A stretch of DNA of 64,000 bases, from IMG/VR virus record IMGVR_UViG_3300033512_000504. One strand, given 5' to 3'. Each line of letters begins with the position of its first letter. Position 1 is the first letter of the stretch. Positions 30,204 to 40,029 of this stretch are shown here, one piece after another. This DNA is from a virus. The translations under genes were made by a program, and so were the position numbers. Below the pieces are notes generated by a model. The model saw only the letters and a list, made by a program, of their open reading frames with translations. It was not told the DNA's origin and did not search any database.

Positions 30204-30292
30204 GGAAGTGTGTCCGAGTTGGTCTATGGAACTGGTCTAGAAAACCAGCAGGTGTCACAGCCTCGTGAGTTCGAATCTCACCGCTTCCGCCA
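30204..30292 (+). tRNA. tRNA-Ser(AGA)
   Basis: GGAAGTG/CGCTTCC, G73, CCA, long variable arm; CTGGT-CT AGA AA-ACCAG. Confidence 0.85.
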
Positions 30293-30307
30293 TTTTAAAG
30301 GAGTATC

Positions 30308-30622
30308 ATGAAGAACAAAAAGGACGAAAAGGATGATTTTTATGATGATTTTGACGACGAGCCAATAAAGTATATAGATCCGATGATACAAATGGACGAA
30401 GAAATGCTACGGGAAATGACCCGAGTATTTACTAAAGAAGATTGTCCAAACATGACTCAATTGGAAATAGATGCAGTTAATGTTTTTGAAAACAGAGTAG
30501 ATATAAACAATTTTCCTAAAGATTATCAGCAAAAAATTAAAAACTTTTATCGTTTTTCCCCTATCGACATGAAAAGTTTAAGTGCAAGTGCCTCTGGAGC
30601 GAGTAGAAGTTTCTGGAAATAA
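30308..30622 (+). CDS. hypothetical protein
   Basis: SD GGAG; acidic N-terminus. Confidence 0.6.
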   Translation: MKNKKDEKDDFYDDFDDEPIKYIDPMIQMDEEMLREMTRVFTKEDCPNMTQLEIDAVNVFENRVDINNFPKDYQQKIKNFYRFSPIDMKSLSASASGASRSFWK

Positions 30623-30623
30623 T

Positions 30624-30905
30624 ATGCCGAGTATGCAAGAACATTTTGAAGATTGCTACAAAGAATTAGGCGATGGGTGGATGTGCGTTCATCATTGGTT
30701 AGATGAGTTTTCAAAGATATATTTCCCTCAAAAAATACATCGTGTTCATCGACATCATCTAGAAGGGGTGGAGGAGGTACGAAAAATGTGGGGGAATCAA
30801 GCTGCTAAGGCTGCTGAAATACATATTTTAAAAGACGAAGGTATAATTTTAAGTGAGATTCAAATTAGAAAGCGTTATGGTGTAATTGAAAAGGAAGTTT
30901 GCTAG
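30624..30905 (+). CDS. hypothetical His-rich phage protein
   Basis: VHHWLDEF, HR.HRHHLEG, AEIHI. Confidence 0.6.
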   Translation: MPSMQEHFEDCYKELGDGWMCVHHWLDEFSKIYFPQKIHRVHRHHLEGVEEVRKMWGNQAAKAAEIHILKDEGIILSEIQIRKRYGVIEKEVC

Positions 30906-30982
30906 AGCGGTAATAGGTCGGTCTCGAAAACCGTAGCCACGGCGTAAGTCGTGCGAAGGTTCAATCCCTTCAACTTCCGCCA
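30893..30982 (+). tRNA. tRNA-Ser(CGA)
   Basis: GGAAGTT/AACTTCC, G73, CCA, long variable arm, CT CGA AA loop. Confidence 0.9.
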
Positions 30983-30987
30983 AATCA

Positions 30988-31314
30988 TTATAAACTTTTT
31001 AATATGCTTTTATCTAAAACATAAATTGAATTTGGCTCGTTAATTCCTTCGTTTACCCATAGAGCTTTGAATCCATTTTCTTTTGCTTCTTGAATTCCTT
31101 CATCTAAACTTTCCTCATTGGTTGCGAGCGGAAGTATTTCTTTGGAATATATTTGTGATGAATCAACTAAAAATGGTTTTACTTCTTTTTCTAGTCCACT
31201 TTGGGTAAATTGTCTAGCCCATTCTTTATCTGTTGTATAGAACGGACTATTTTTATTATAGACGTTTTGACCTTGATATATTTGAATTGTATTGGCTATT
31301 CTATATATTCTCAT
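30988..31314 (-). CDS. small ART-fold-like protein
   Basis: IYQG, FYTTDKEWARQF, and a C-terminal IYVL strand; N-terminal MRIYRIA. Confidence 0.4.
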   Translation of the reverse strand: MRIYRIANTIQIYQGQNVYNKNSPFYTTDKEWARQFTQSGLEKEVKPFLVDSSQIYSKEILPLATNEESLDEGIQEAKENGFKALWVNEGINEPNSIYVLDKSILKSL

Positions 31315-31394
31315 TTGAATTTTCTTATAGTCATTTTTTATTGTATTATAAATCGCTTTTACTCATTGTTAATATTAAATTATTCAAGTTTATC

Positions 31395-31422
31395 TTGACA
31401 AATACCTTGTTTCTAATATACT
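31395..31422 (+). promoter_or_regulatory. sigma70-like promoter
   Basis: TTGACA-N16-TATACT upstream of 31462. Confidence 0.65.
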
Positions 31423-31461
31423 GGAATTAAATACTGAAAATATTCAATATACGGAGTTATC

Positions 31462-32483
31462 ATGAATTTGTTAAACAGAGATGATTTCCGTGAATCTGTA
31501 TTTAAAAGAGATAATTTTAAATGCGTTATTTGCGGAGAAGAAGGTAAAGACGCCCATCATATCTTGGAACGAAGATTATGGGATGACGGAGGATACTATC
31601 TATCCAACGGCGTAACTCTATGCTCCGATCATCATATATTGGCTGAAAAAACCATTTTAAGCTGCGAAGATCTAAGAATAGCATGTAAAATTGATACCCC
31701 ATGCATCCCACCATATTTTGATAAAGGTAAAAAATATGACAAATGGGGCAATGAAATCTTGACAAGCGGTTTAAGAGTCAAGGGGGAACTATTTTTCGAC
31801 GAATCTGTACAAAAAGTATTAGCAGATGTATCAGATCAATTTACAGATTACGTTAAGTTTCCTAAAATCAAGCATTTACCTTTTTCTCCCGGTATAAACA
31901 GAGATGACCGTGTTATGTCTGAAAATGATTTAAACACCTATTCCAATAATATGCAGGTTGTTATAACAGAAAAGCTAGACGGAGAGAATACGTCTACTTA
32001 CACTGACAATATTCATGCCCTCGTTCAATTGATGGCAAAAATCATTGGTCGAGGGCATGGGTCAAGAATTTACACGCAGGTATAAAATTTGATATTCCCG
32101 ATGGTTGGCGGATATGTGGCGAGAATTTATATGCCAAACATTCAATCAAATATACAAAACTGCCATCATTTTTTATTGTTTTTACGATATATAATGAAGT
32201 AAATGAGTGCTTGAGTTGGTCGGAAACAAAAGAGTATTGCAATCTGTTGGGGCTTAATTATGTTCCAGTTTTATACGAGGGGCTGTATAATAATATTGAT
32301 TGGGACAAATTGTATAGCGTATCTAGGTTCGGAGGGGAGCAAGAAGGATATGTTATGCGTTTAAGTTCAAAATTCAATTTTACGCATCATGGCAATAGTA
32401 TCGTAAAATGGGTCAGAAAAGGTCATGTAACGACAAATCATAATTGGATGTATAGTAGTTACGAAAAGAACGAGATGGAATAA
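31462..32483 (+). pseudogene. HNH domain fused to an Rnl2-like RNA ligase, frameshifted near 32020
   Basis: CVIC..HHI..LC..HH, then TEKLDGEN. The ligase continues (RSIDG, ICGENLYAKHSI, QEGYV, KWVR) in another frame after GCC-CT-CGT. Confidence 0.75.
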
Positions 32484-32505
32484 TTTAATAATTTCTGGAC
32501 GGAAT

Positions 32506-32742
32506 ATGTTCGATTTAAATGAAAAAGAGAAAAATAAGTTAATTGAATGGATAAAAATTCATGACGAAGAATGCCCATTTAGTCATATTAACAGTTACAA
32601 AAATGTTTATAAACTGGTTGCAATAGGAGGTAGAATCTCTTATATTTTCACGCCAACGGGAGTAGGGACAACAATAGAAGCAAAATGCAGTTGTAATAAA
32701 GGTAATTATTCAATTGATTTAACTGATTATGACTCTTGGTAA
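32506..32742 (+). CDS. hypothetical protein
   Basis: ORF with SD; FTPTGVGT..C.C motif. Confidence 0.6.
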   Translation: MFDLNEKEKNKLIEWIKIHDEECPFSHINSYKNVYKLVAIGGRISYIFTPTGVGTTIEAKCSCNKGNYSIDLTDYDSW

Positions 32743-32747
32743 TCTAA

Positions 32748-32951
32748 ATGGATCAATACACAAAGAAATCTATCGTTAATGCATGTTTAGATGAAATTGA
32801 CATATCTAGGGACAAATTAAAGTCCATTAAAGATGATAGCGAACAACGAATATTGTTTCAAGGGTGGATTAGAAAACGAAAACAAACATTGAAAGAATTA
32901 GGATATAAGACAACAAGGAGAACCAAAAATGATAATAAATCAAAAAGCTAG
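32748..32951 (+). CDS. hypothetical protein
   Basis: Coupled ORF. Confidence 0.5.
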   Translation: MDQYTKKSIVNACLDEIDISRDKLKSIKDDSEQRILFQGWIRKRKQTLKELGYKTTRRTKNDNKSKS

Positions 32952-33348
32952 TTTTCCAAGGTCTGAAAAAGACTTGAAAAAACATTATGCAGTATATTAC
33001 AAAAACAAACTATCGCTATATCTCAGTCCACATTTGGCTATCAAAAACGATTTAGGTATTAAAGATTTGAAAAAGATCAGACGTATTCATATTAAAAGAT
33101 TACGACTGTTCGACGAGATTGAATCAGAAAGCGACGTTACAAAACTACATGAACTCGCAAATGATTTGGAGAAAATCGAGTATGAATTGCAAAAAGCATG
33201 GAAATTAAATCTAGATTCAAATTTTCATTCATGGTGGTTTCGTGCTCCAAAATGCACATGCCCAAAATTAGACAATAAAGAACGAATTGGAACAGGATTG
33301 TTTATTATTGATCGAAAGTGTTTGCTGCACGGAGAGTTATCTGTATAA
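32929..33348 (+). CDS. hypothetical protein
   Basis: HSWW..P.CTCPKLDN..C.LHG motif. Confidence 0.6.
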   Translation: MIINQKASFPRSEKDLKKHYAVYYKNKLSLYLSPHLAIKNDLGIKDLKKIRRIHIKRLRLFDEIESESDVTKLHELANDLEKIEYELQKAWKLNLDSNFHSWWFRAPKCTCPKLDNKERIGTGLFIIDRKCLLHGELSV

Positions 33349-33356
33349 TTGGTAAC

Positions 33357-33707
33357 ATGCATGTAAATCATTATGAATTATCAAGTAGTCAAATGTCAAA
33401 TGGGGACAGTGAGTACAATTTGTCAGTTGATTTTTGCTTTTATGATCATGACGAATTAGACGAATTTTTAAAACTATTATCAAGTTGGAATAGCGGAAAG
33501 TCGGTTAACAAGCATTTTGTTGTTTCAACACCTTTATCAAATGAAGATTTATTGTATAAAAATGTTACATTTGAAAAGATGAATGCAAATATGAATGCAC
33601 CAAATAAATCTTTATTTTCTGATGATTCTGAAAATATAAAAATCGAAAATAATTTGATTCATGCTTCAAATGTCGATAACAGCAGACTTTGTTTGGAGAT
33701 AGAATAA
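33357..33707 (+). CDS. hypothetical protein
   Basis: Coupled ORF; start reassigned. Confidence 0.5.
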   Translation: MHVNHYELSSSQMSNGDSEYNLSVDFCFYDHDELDEFLKLLSSWNSGKSVNKHFVVSTPLSNEDLLYKNVTFEKMNANMNAPNKSLFSDDSENIKIENNLIHASNVDNSRLCLEIE

Positions 33708-34102
33708 TGGACGAATTTTATATGCCAGAGAATCAATTAAATGATAGTTTTGATGAATTTTATATACCTGAAGAGCAGATTGTAACAAGTGATATTGCTT
33801 TTATTAAATTCTTTCATGATAAAAAACTAATCGCAAAATCACTTGTCAAAGAATTTTCTATTGCCGAATTAGATAAGATTAAAAACCTTGATGAGTTTTT
33901 AAAGATTGAAATAGCGTATGCAATTGGTTGTTTATTTGGGTCAGGGCGGTATATGGGAATGAATAGCGGAGATTCTACTTGGCTATATGATTTCAATGAA
34001 AAAGATTGTAATTACGGTGGAGTAGCTATCGTCAGGGAAAACAAAGTAGTTGATTTTTATCAGATATGGCAGAAATTAAACCAGAATGGAGAATTATTGT
34101 GA
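33707..34102 (+). CDS. hypothetical protein
   Basis: TAATG coupling to the previous gene. Confidence 0.55.
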   Translation: MDEFYMPENQLNDSFDEFYIPEEQIVTSDIAFIKFFHDKKLIAKSLVKEFSIAELDKIKNLDEFLKIEIAYAIGCLFGSGRYMGMNSGDSTWLYDFNEKDCNYGGVAIVRENKVVDFYQIWQKLNQNGELL

Positions 34103-34566
34103 AACAAAAAATAGATCAATTAATGGACGATCCGATATGTCAGAAATGGATAACATACAATGCCTCAGAAGAAAAAAATCAACCTTTCCAATGGTTTAAG
34201 GAAAAACAAAAATTTTGGGAAGAAAACCGTAATCATTTAATTTCTAATGGATTTGAATATTCATCGGGTATCGGCTCTGCAATAGACCAAGTAGAATTGA
34301 TGAAAAAGGATAATATCGAAGGGAGTCTGTTGATATTTAAAGTAGGTAGTAATGAATATCCTGCTGATCCAGATGATATACAAATGGCTTACAAAATGGT
34401 TTCTGATACTTTATCGGATGTCAAAGGGGTAAGAGTTATGGTTACACATCACGCTTTTGATGTAACCCAAATATCATTGCCTCAATTAAGAGCTTTGCAA
34501 AGTTCGGTTCTTTCGTCTACCGTTGTTGAGGATGATGTTAATTCGATTATGGCGTTACAATTATAA
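34099..34566 (+). CDS. hypothetical protein
   Basis: GTGA overlap, SD GGAG. Confidence 0.55.
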   Translation: MKQKIDQLMDDPICQKWITYNASEEKNQPFQWFKEKQKFWEENRNHLISNGFEYSSGIGSAIDQVELMKKDNIEGSLLIFKVGSNEYPADPDDIQMAYKMVSDTLSDVKGVRVMVTHHAFDVTQISLPQLRALQSSVLSSTVVEDDVNSIMALQL

Positions 34567-34575
34567 GGATAAATT

Positions 34576-34971
34576 ATGAAATATATTGCTGCTATTGATT
34601 ATGATGGTACTCTTTTTACACTTTCGTGGCCAAAATTGGGAGAGCCTAGAAAAGAAGTAATCAAAAAAGTAAAGGAATTTGAAAAAGCTGGAGCAGACAT
34701 CGTGCTTTGGACTTGTCGAGAAGGTAAAAGTTTACAAGAGGCGTTGAGTCGTTGTTCTCAAGAAGGTCTTCAATTTGTTTCAGTTAATGAGAGTAGTCCG
34801 TCCGCCAAAGAGTACCAAGATTCTCAATTAGAGGCTAACGGAGATATTTTTGGATTAAGAAAAGTATATGCAGATATATATGTTGATGATAAATCCCCCG
34901 GCAGCATAGAGTATTTTCTTAAGCTTGATGCAAAGAAAGAAGTCGAAAAAAGGTCTAAAGAGAAAGATTAA
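34576..34971 (+). CDS. HAD-superfamily phosphatase-like protein
   Basis: IDYDGTL, WTCR, YVDDK. Confidence 0.8.
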   Translation: MKYIAAIDYDGTLFTLSWPKLGEPRKEVIKKVKEFEKAGADIVLWTCREGKSLQEALSRCSQEGLQFVSVNESSPSAKEYQDSQLEANGDIFGLRKVYADIYVDDKSPGSIEYFLKLDAKKEVEKRSKEKD

Positions 34972-35003
34972 ACTTGCATTCTTGATATTTCAACTTATAA
35001 TAA

Positions 35004-35375
35004 TTGAAAAAAGAAAGTTTAATTATGACATATTCAGGCGAACAGTATTTGAAAATGACAAGCGATTTGCTCCCATATACAACTAAATGGGGTTTTACTA
35101 TAGGCGGATTATCTGTACAATGCCCAACATGCCAAAACGAAACAGACAATACAAAATATAAGTTTAATGAATTTAGTAACGCATTAGACGTTATAGCTGT
35201 AGGGATTTGTGATAATTGCAAAGTCATTGTTACTAGTAAACCAATGAGAGTATATAGAGATGATCGAATTAGTTGGCAAGAAGAAGATGGACAATGGATT
35301 ACTAATTATATGAAATATAGCGGAATCTGTGGTTGGTTTAAAAACATCATTAACTTTTTCAAGGTGTCAAAATGA
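35004..35375 (+). CDS. hypothetical Zn-ribbon protein
   Basis: CPTC and CDNC pairs. Confidence 0.55.
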   Translation: MKKESLIMTYSGEQYLKMTSDLLPYTTKWGFTIGGLSVQCPTCQNETDNTKYKFNEFSNALDVIAVGICDNCKVIVTSKPMRVYRDDRISWQEEDGQWITNYMKYSGICGWFKNIINFFKVSK

Positions 35376-35884
35376 AATCAAAATGTCAAAATAAACCTGT
35401 CGTTGGAGATTTTGTTCGCATTAATAATCCATTAATGTTTATACGTTGTGGTTATCCTTAGACAATAAGCGAAGTCAGGGAGGATATTAGAAAGAACAAT
35501 ATGGCTGAAATTGAAGACTTTATTAACAAAATTACTGGGAGCAACAATATAGGGATTTTTAGCCATTCAAAAATACGTTTACGGTCTATAAACGAAATAT
35601 TGTCGGCAGTTGCTTATGAAAGAATGAGGGTTAATGGCTTTGGTGGAACAAAAAGATCCATCTATACAGAATTAGTTGATACATTAAACGGGAAAGTGGC
35701 ACAAGTATTTGCAACAAAAATGTGTGTAACGGGAGATTATATCCATGGTGGCGGAGGATCTGGATATGATGACGATTATGAACCAGCTTACTTAATGAAT
35801 CAAAAACATCATCGGATTCTTATTTTAGATTATATTTATGAAAAGGAAGGTTTTTTCAGCCATATGATTATCGGAATCATATGA
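35372..35884 (+). pseudogene. hypothetical gene interrupted by in-frame TAG at 35459
   Basis: ATGA-coupled start at 35372 is in frame with ORF 35501: RCGYP*TISEV. Confidence 0.6.
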
Positions 35885-35896
35885 TAGAAGATTGTC

Positions 35897-36136
35897 ATGT
35901 TACAAAGGTTGACAATGAAAGTTAAAAAAATAATTCAGAAGTTACAAAAGCTAGACCCCGAATTAGATGTGTTCATTGATGCTGGTAATGGGGCAAACAT
36001 GGTAAATCAAATATTAGAAGGTTATTACATTGATAATGAATTTGATGCTCCAGAAGTACTCTGCATTAAGGCAAGCGGTCTTAGGGATGATGACTGTACC
36101 ATTGATGACGTTAAAAAAGTCGTATGTATTTGTTGA
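35897..36136 (+). CDS. hypothetical protein
   Basis: MKVKKIIQKLQKLDPELDV-type small phage protein. Confidence 0.55.
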   Translation: MLQRLTMKVKKIIQKLQKLDPELDVFIDAGNGANMVNQILEGYYIDNEFDAPEVLCIKASGLRDDDCTIDDVKKVVCIC

Positions 36137-36148
36137 GTTTAGAATAAA

Positions 36149-36673
36149 ATGATTAAACACGCATTATTATATCGAAACGCATTGCCAAATTTGTTTTCAA
36201 ATGCAAGTTTAAATTTAGAAAACAAATTCTATACAGAGAATTTCTGGACATATGAAGGTAATATAGGGAACGATGATTGGAGTTGTCATCAATTTGTTAG
36301 CGTTGATACTTGCGACAATATAGTAGGTTATTTTTCAACAACCATAGATAGAAGTTGTTATTTTGCTCATTCATTTGCGGCAATTAGATTTACAAAAGAT
36401 TCAAAATATAATATAATGTTTGCAAAAGATTTCAAAAAAATATTTGTGCTTTTATTTGACCATTACAAATACAATAAGCTTGACTTTTCAATTTGCATAG
36501 GATCTCCATATGAAAGTATGTATGATCGGTTTATTGAGAAATATGGGGGAAGAATAGTTGGCATAAAATTCAAAAATTACAAACTGATTGATGGTACAAT
36601 TTGTGATCAGAAATTTTACGAGTTAGAAAGAGAATCGTTTATTAAAAAATTAAAGAGAGGTAAAAATGAGTGA
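36149..36673 (+). CDS. GNAT-like acetyltransferase
   Basis: IVGY strand; KYGGRIVG..K...L.DG...D..FYE pattern. Confidence 0.45.
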   Translation: MIKHALLYRNALPNLFSNASLNLENKFYTENFWTYEGNIGNDDWSCHQFVSVDTCDNIVGYFSTTIDRSCYFAHSFAAIRFTKDSKYNIMFAKDFKKIFVLLFDHYKYNKLDFSICIGSPYESMYDRFIEKYGGRIVGIKFKNYKLIDGTICDQKFYELERESFIKKLKRGKNE

Positions 36674-37223
36674 ATTAATCGAAGTTAAAATTGAAAAAAT
36701 GTATCCAGATGTTGAGTTGCCAGCATATAAACACAATGACGATTCTGGAATGGACATAAAAGCTTACTTTAGCGATGAATGGGTCAAGAAAAGCCAGTAT
36801 ATAGAAGTTGACACATCGAATAACGAGAAATGGAATAACAAGAAGGAACTCGAAACCCTTGATTGTGATGCTTATCGATCTTATACTCTGCCCGGTGGAG
36901 TAAGAACTATAATCCCAACTGGCATAAAAGTGGCAATACCAAACGGATATGAAATACAGGTTCGACCACGTAGCGGAATGGCGTTCAAGCAAGGAATAAC
37001 TGTTTTAAATACGCCCGGCACAATAGACGCTGGATATCGAGGAGAAATAGGAATTATACTTTTTAACACAGGAAAGTATGACGATTTTGTAACCATTAAT
37101 CATGGCGATAGAATTGCTCAATTGGTATTGCAAAAAGTACCAAAGATTACATGGGATGAAGTTAATTCTGTGGATGAAACAATAAGAGGCGAAGGTGGTT
37201 TTGGATCAACAGGCAAATCATAA
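36666..37223 (+). CDS. dut: dUTP diphosphatase
   Basis: DSGMD, RPRSG, PGTIDAGYRGE, DRIAQ, RGEGGFGSTG. Confidence 0.95.
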   Translation: MSELIEVKIEKMYPDVELPAYKHNDDSGMDIKAYFSDEWVKKSQYIEVDTSNNEKWNNKKELETLDCDAYRSYTLPGGVRTIIPTGIKVAIPNGYEIQVRPRSGMAFKQGITVLNTPGTIDAGYRGEIGIILFNTGKYDDFVTINHGDRIAQLVLQKVPKITWDEVNSVDETIRGEGGFGSTGKS

Positions 37224-37238
37224 TAAAGGAAGCAAATC

Positions 37239-37634
37239 ATGGAAGGATATATAAATGTTGAAGTTGAGAGAGCCAAAAAGTTAGCAAATGATGTGTTAAT
37301 TGGAGTTAAAGAAAAAAGAGAAAAGTTGTTTCAAGCCGCCATTAAAAAAGAAATAGCAAAAAGAACAAAGAAAAATAAATCCAAATGGACAAGATTCTTC
37401 CGTTGTGAAATTTTATCATGTTTAGAAGAAGATATAATTAAATATTTACGAGAACAAGAAGAAATAATGAAAGAGTGGATATTTGCCGACCCAATTCGTT
37501 ATTTATGAGAGAATAGCGGTTCCGAATCACTAGCTAAAAAAATATTGAAATTATGTAAAGTTCCTCCTGCTGATGGTATACTTACATTAAAATCAGAAGA
37601 TGCTCTTACCCTTATATCATGGGAGCGAGATTAA
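37239..37634 (+). pseudogene. hypothetical gene interrupted by in-frame TGA at 37506
   Basis: The frame continues 41 codons past the TGA to a TAA that overlaps the next ATG (TAATG). Confidence 0.6.
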
Positions 37635-38242
37635 TGGATAAACAACCTACAATGATTATTTTATGCGGATTGCCTCGTGTAGGAAAAAGTTCATGGATAA
37701 AGAAAAATAAAGGTAACGCCTGTATCGTTAGTCCAGATGATATAAGGCAAGAAATGTTTGGACATCAATTTCACGCTCCAGCCAATCAATTTGTATTTGG
37801 AATTGCTGAAGGAATGGCGACTCTCTTATTAAAACAAGGTCATGATGTTATAATTGACGCAACTAATATCAATACATCATCCAGAGCTATTTGGGGAAAT
37901 CTCGCTAAAAAATGCAAAGCAAAATCAAAATTGGTATGGGTATATGCCTCCAAGAATCCAGTTATAAACTTTAATGCATGCTTAGAACATAACCATTTAT
38001 CTTCAGAGTCAACGAAACTGCCAATTGAGGCACTTACTAAAATGGCTTTGTATTTCTATCCACCAGATTCAATACTAGAAGCTGGGTCATTTGATCAAAT
38101 CATAGGGTATCATAGCGTTCACAAAAGGAAACTGCCTCCATCGCAAAGAATTAATATATTCAAAGACGATGATATTATAAGCGTAGCAGATAAATGGAGA
38201 AAGATATGGCGTGTTGCGGAAAACAAAGAGCAAGGTTTTTAA
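37634..38242 (+). CDS. P-loop polynucleotide-kinase-like protein (AAA_33)
   Basis: CGLPRVGKS, VSPDDIR, IIDATN. Confidence 0.8.
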   Translation: MDKQPTMIILCGLPRVGKSSWIKKNKGNACIVSPDDIRQEMFGHQFHAPANQFVFGIAEGMATLLLKQGHDVIIDATNINTSSRAIWGNLAKKCKAKSKLVWVYASKNPVINFNACLEHNHLSSESTKLPIEALTKMALYFYPPDSILEAGSFDQIIGYHSVHKRKLPPSQRINIFKDDDIISVADKWRKIWRVAENKEQGF

Positions 38243-38427
38243 GCAAAGTTCAACAAAAAGCTGAATTGGATAAAGCTAATGATGGAAACGCATCTGATGC
38301 AAAACGAAAAATCATGGCAGGCATTCAGGAAAAAATTCTTCAACGTTCTGAAAAAATAGCGCAACGCAAAATCAGAATTGAAGCTAGAGCGGCTAGAATC
38401 AAAAAGAGAAACGAACAAGCTAAATAA
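38206..38427 (+). CDS. small basic hypothetical protein
   Basis: MACCGK start, K/R-rich. Confidence 0.55.
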   Translation: MACCGKQRARFLSKVQQKAELDKANDGNASDAKRKIMAGIQEKILQRSEKIAQRKIRIEARAARIKKRNEQAK

Positions 38428-38478
38428 TTGTAAAAATTATTTCACCTAATTGTATAATATCTCAAAAGGAGGTATTGT

Positions 38479-38934
38479 ATGCCAGCTGGTTGTGAATTTA
38501 TATGCAAAAACAAATCTTGCGAATGTCATGGGCAAGGTTTTAATATTACTGGTGCATGGCCAATGGGTCGTATTGAATTGGTATTGAATGCCCCAAACGT
38601 CAAAAAAGATGAAAATTTCAGGAATGGGCTAATCCAGCTTAAAAACGATGGACGCAAATACGCCTGCATTACCTACCCAAATGTAAGTAGAATCCCAATT
38701 GTCGCCTATAGATTAAATATGTGGAGCAAAAAAGCTAATTGCATATACCAACATGACGTTATTTTGAATGACAATGAATCTTTGGATGACGCAATTAAAC
38801 GTTCTGATATTCCAACAATATGTCCAACAACACAATGTAACCTTTTAACATTTGAAGAGGTTTTAGAGCACGGTATTTTTTGCAAAAAATGCGGGATACC
38901 ATTACAACAAGATAGATGGTTTACAAAGGAGTAA
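38479..38934 (+). CDS. Cys-rich hypothetical protein
   Basis: SD GGAGG; several CxxC motifs. Confidence 0.65.
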   Translation: MPAGCEFICKNKSCECHGQGFNITGAWPMGRIELVLNAPNVKKDENFRNGLIQLKNDGRKYACITYPNVSRIPIVAYRLNMWSKKANCIYQHDVILNDNESLDDAIKRSDIPTICPTTQCNLLTFEEVLEHGIFCKKCGIPLQQDRWFTKE

Positions 38935-38937
38935 TCA

Positions 38938-39660
38938 ATGATAAATAAAAACAGCTTCAATCCAGATAGTTTTCTAGATAATTATTCTAAATTACCAATT
39001 TCGGAAATTTTAGAACGTAGTCAGAATATCGATGTTAATTTATGTGCAAAAGAAATTCTAATATGGATAGCCAATAATGTTGAACAATTTATAGATAATC
39101 AACGTCGCATGTTCAAATTGGATCTTATTATCGATGCACAGGAAACAATGTCGGAAAGTAAAAAGTTGCAAGATTTATATCGATCAATACCAAATGACCC
39201 ATCTTCTAGTGGCGATATCGATTTAACAAATGACAATTATAATGAAATTCTAGATTCTTTGCCTACAGAAGATAAGGATTTAATAGAACAAATCCAGAAT
39301 TGTCGTTCAAAATTGGATGAAGTTACTGAAAATGTTTGTCAAGCAATGAAAAGCAAAACAGATTTATTGGATTCTTTATTTAAAAGAATGGGATGGTATT
39401 ACGAATTGCAAGGAATTAATGAGGGCGTACTTTTGTTGGATGAACTTGACGGCGAAGTAGACATAATTAAGTTTGAATATGAATCTTTTCCAGTTGCCGT
39501 TAAAGTTAATGCTCCAAATGTCGAGTCTTTTAACGAAGATGGGTCGGTAACAAAAACTGGTGGCGAGACAGTATGCGAATATGTTATACCAGAAGGATTT
39601 ACGGTATGGATTGAGATCGCTTTTAAATCCAGAAATAGAGAAATGACAAATCCTTTTTAA
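38938..39660 (+). CDS. hypothetical protein
   Basis: SD GGAG; 240 aa. Confidence 0.65.
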   Translation: MINKNSFNPDSFLDNYSKLPISEILERSQNIDVNLCAKEILIWIANNVEQFIDNQRRMFKLDLIIDAQETMSESKKLQDLYRSIPNDPSSSGDIDLTNDNYNEILDSLPTEDKDLIEQIQNCRSKLDEVTENVCQAMKSKTDLLDSLFKRMGWYYELQGINEGVLLLDELDGEVDIIKFEYESFPVAVKVNAPNVESFNEDGSVTKTGGETVCEYVIPEGFTVWIEIAFKSRNREMTNPF

Positions 39661-39743
39661 AAAAACTTCTTGCAATTAGAGGAGAAATGTATTATATTAA
39701 GAACAATGATTAAGTAATAAATGATTTTGGAGAATGATTTTAA

Positions 39744-39836
39744 ATGAATACTGTTATAGATATGAGAGATATGCGCTGGGATAGGATGAGCCTTCGGGTT
39801 CCTGCCTACGATCCCGCTTTATCTGCGTATAGATAA
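39744..39836 (+). CDS. putative attenuator leader peptide, Met-rich (MNTVIDMRDMRWDRMSLRVPAYDPALSAYR)
   Basis: 3 internal ATG codons plus one ATA; precedes a terminator and two CAT tRNAs. Confidence 0.6.
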   Translation: MNTVIDMRDMRWDRMSLRVPAYDPALSAYR

Positions 39837-39859
39837 CGGATCTTAGAAAAGGATTTAGG

Positions 39860-39890
39860 AACCCAAGGCTTAACTGTCTTGGGTTTTTTT
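39860..39890 (+). terminator. intrinsic terminator (attenuator 2)
   Basis: AACCCAAGGC-TTAACT-GTCTTGGGTT followed by a T run. Confidence 0.85.
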
Positions 39891-39935
39891 GTGTCGAAAT
39901 TTGATCTTTTAAAAATGAATATAGTTTAATATGAT

Positions 39936-40012
39936 TGCGGGAGGCTAGGACGTGGTGTTCTGGCGAGCCTCATAAGCTTGCAACTTGGGTTCGAGTCCCA
40001 ATCCCGCTACCA
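39936..40012 (+). tRNA. tRNA-Met(CAT), initiator-like 1:72 mismatch
   Basis: TGCGGGA/TCCCGCT, A73, CCA; CT CAT AA loop. Confidence 0.8.
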
Positions 40013-40029
40013 ATTTTAAAAAAGTATAT

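Noticed and set aside
38008-38020. Self-target for the TnpB1 guide (AGTCAACGAAA)
   Set aside because: Only an 11-nt match, mismatched at the seed start and without a YTAG-like TAM; expected by chance in AT-rich DNA.
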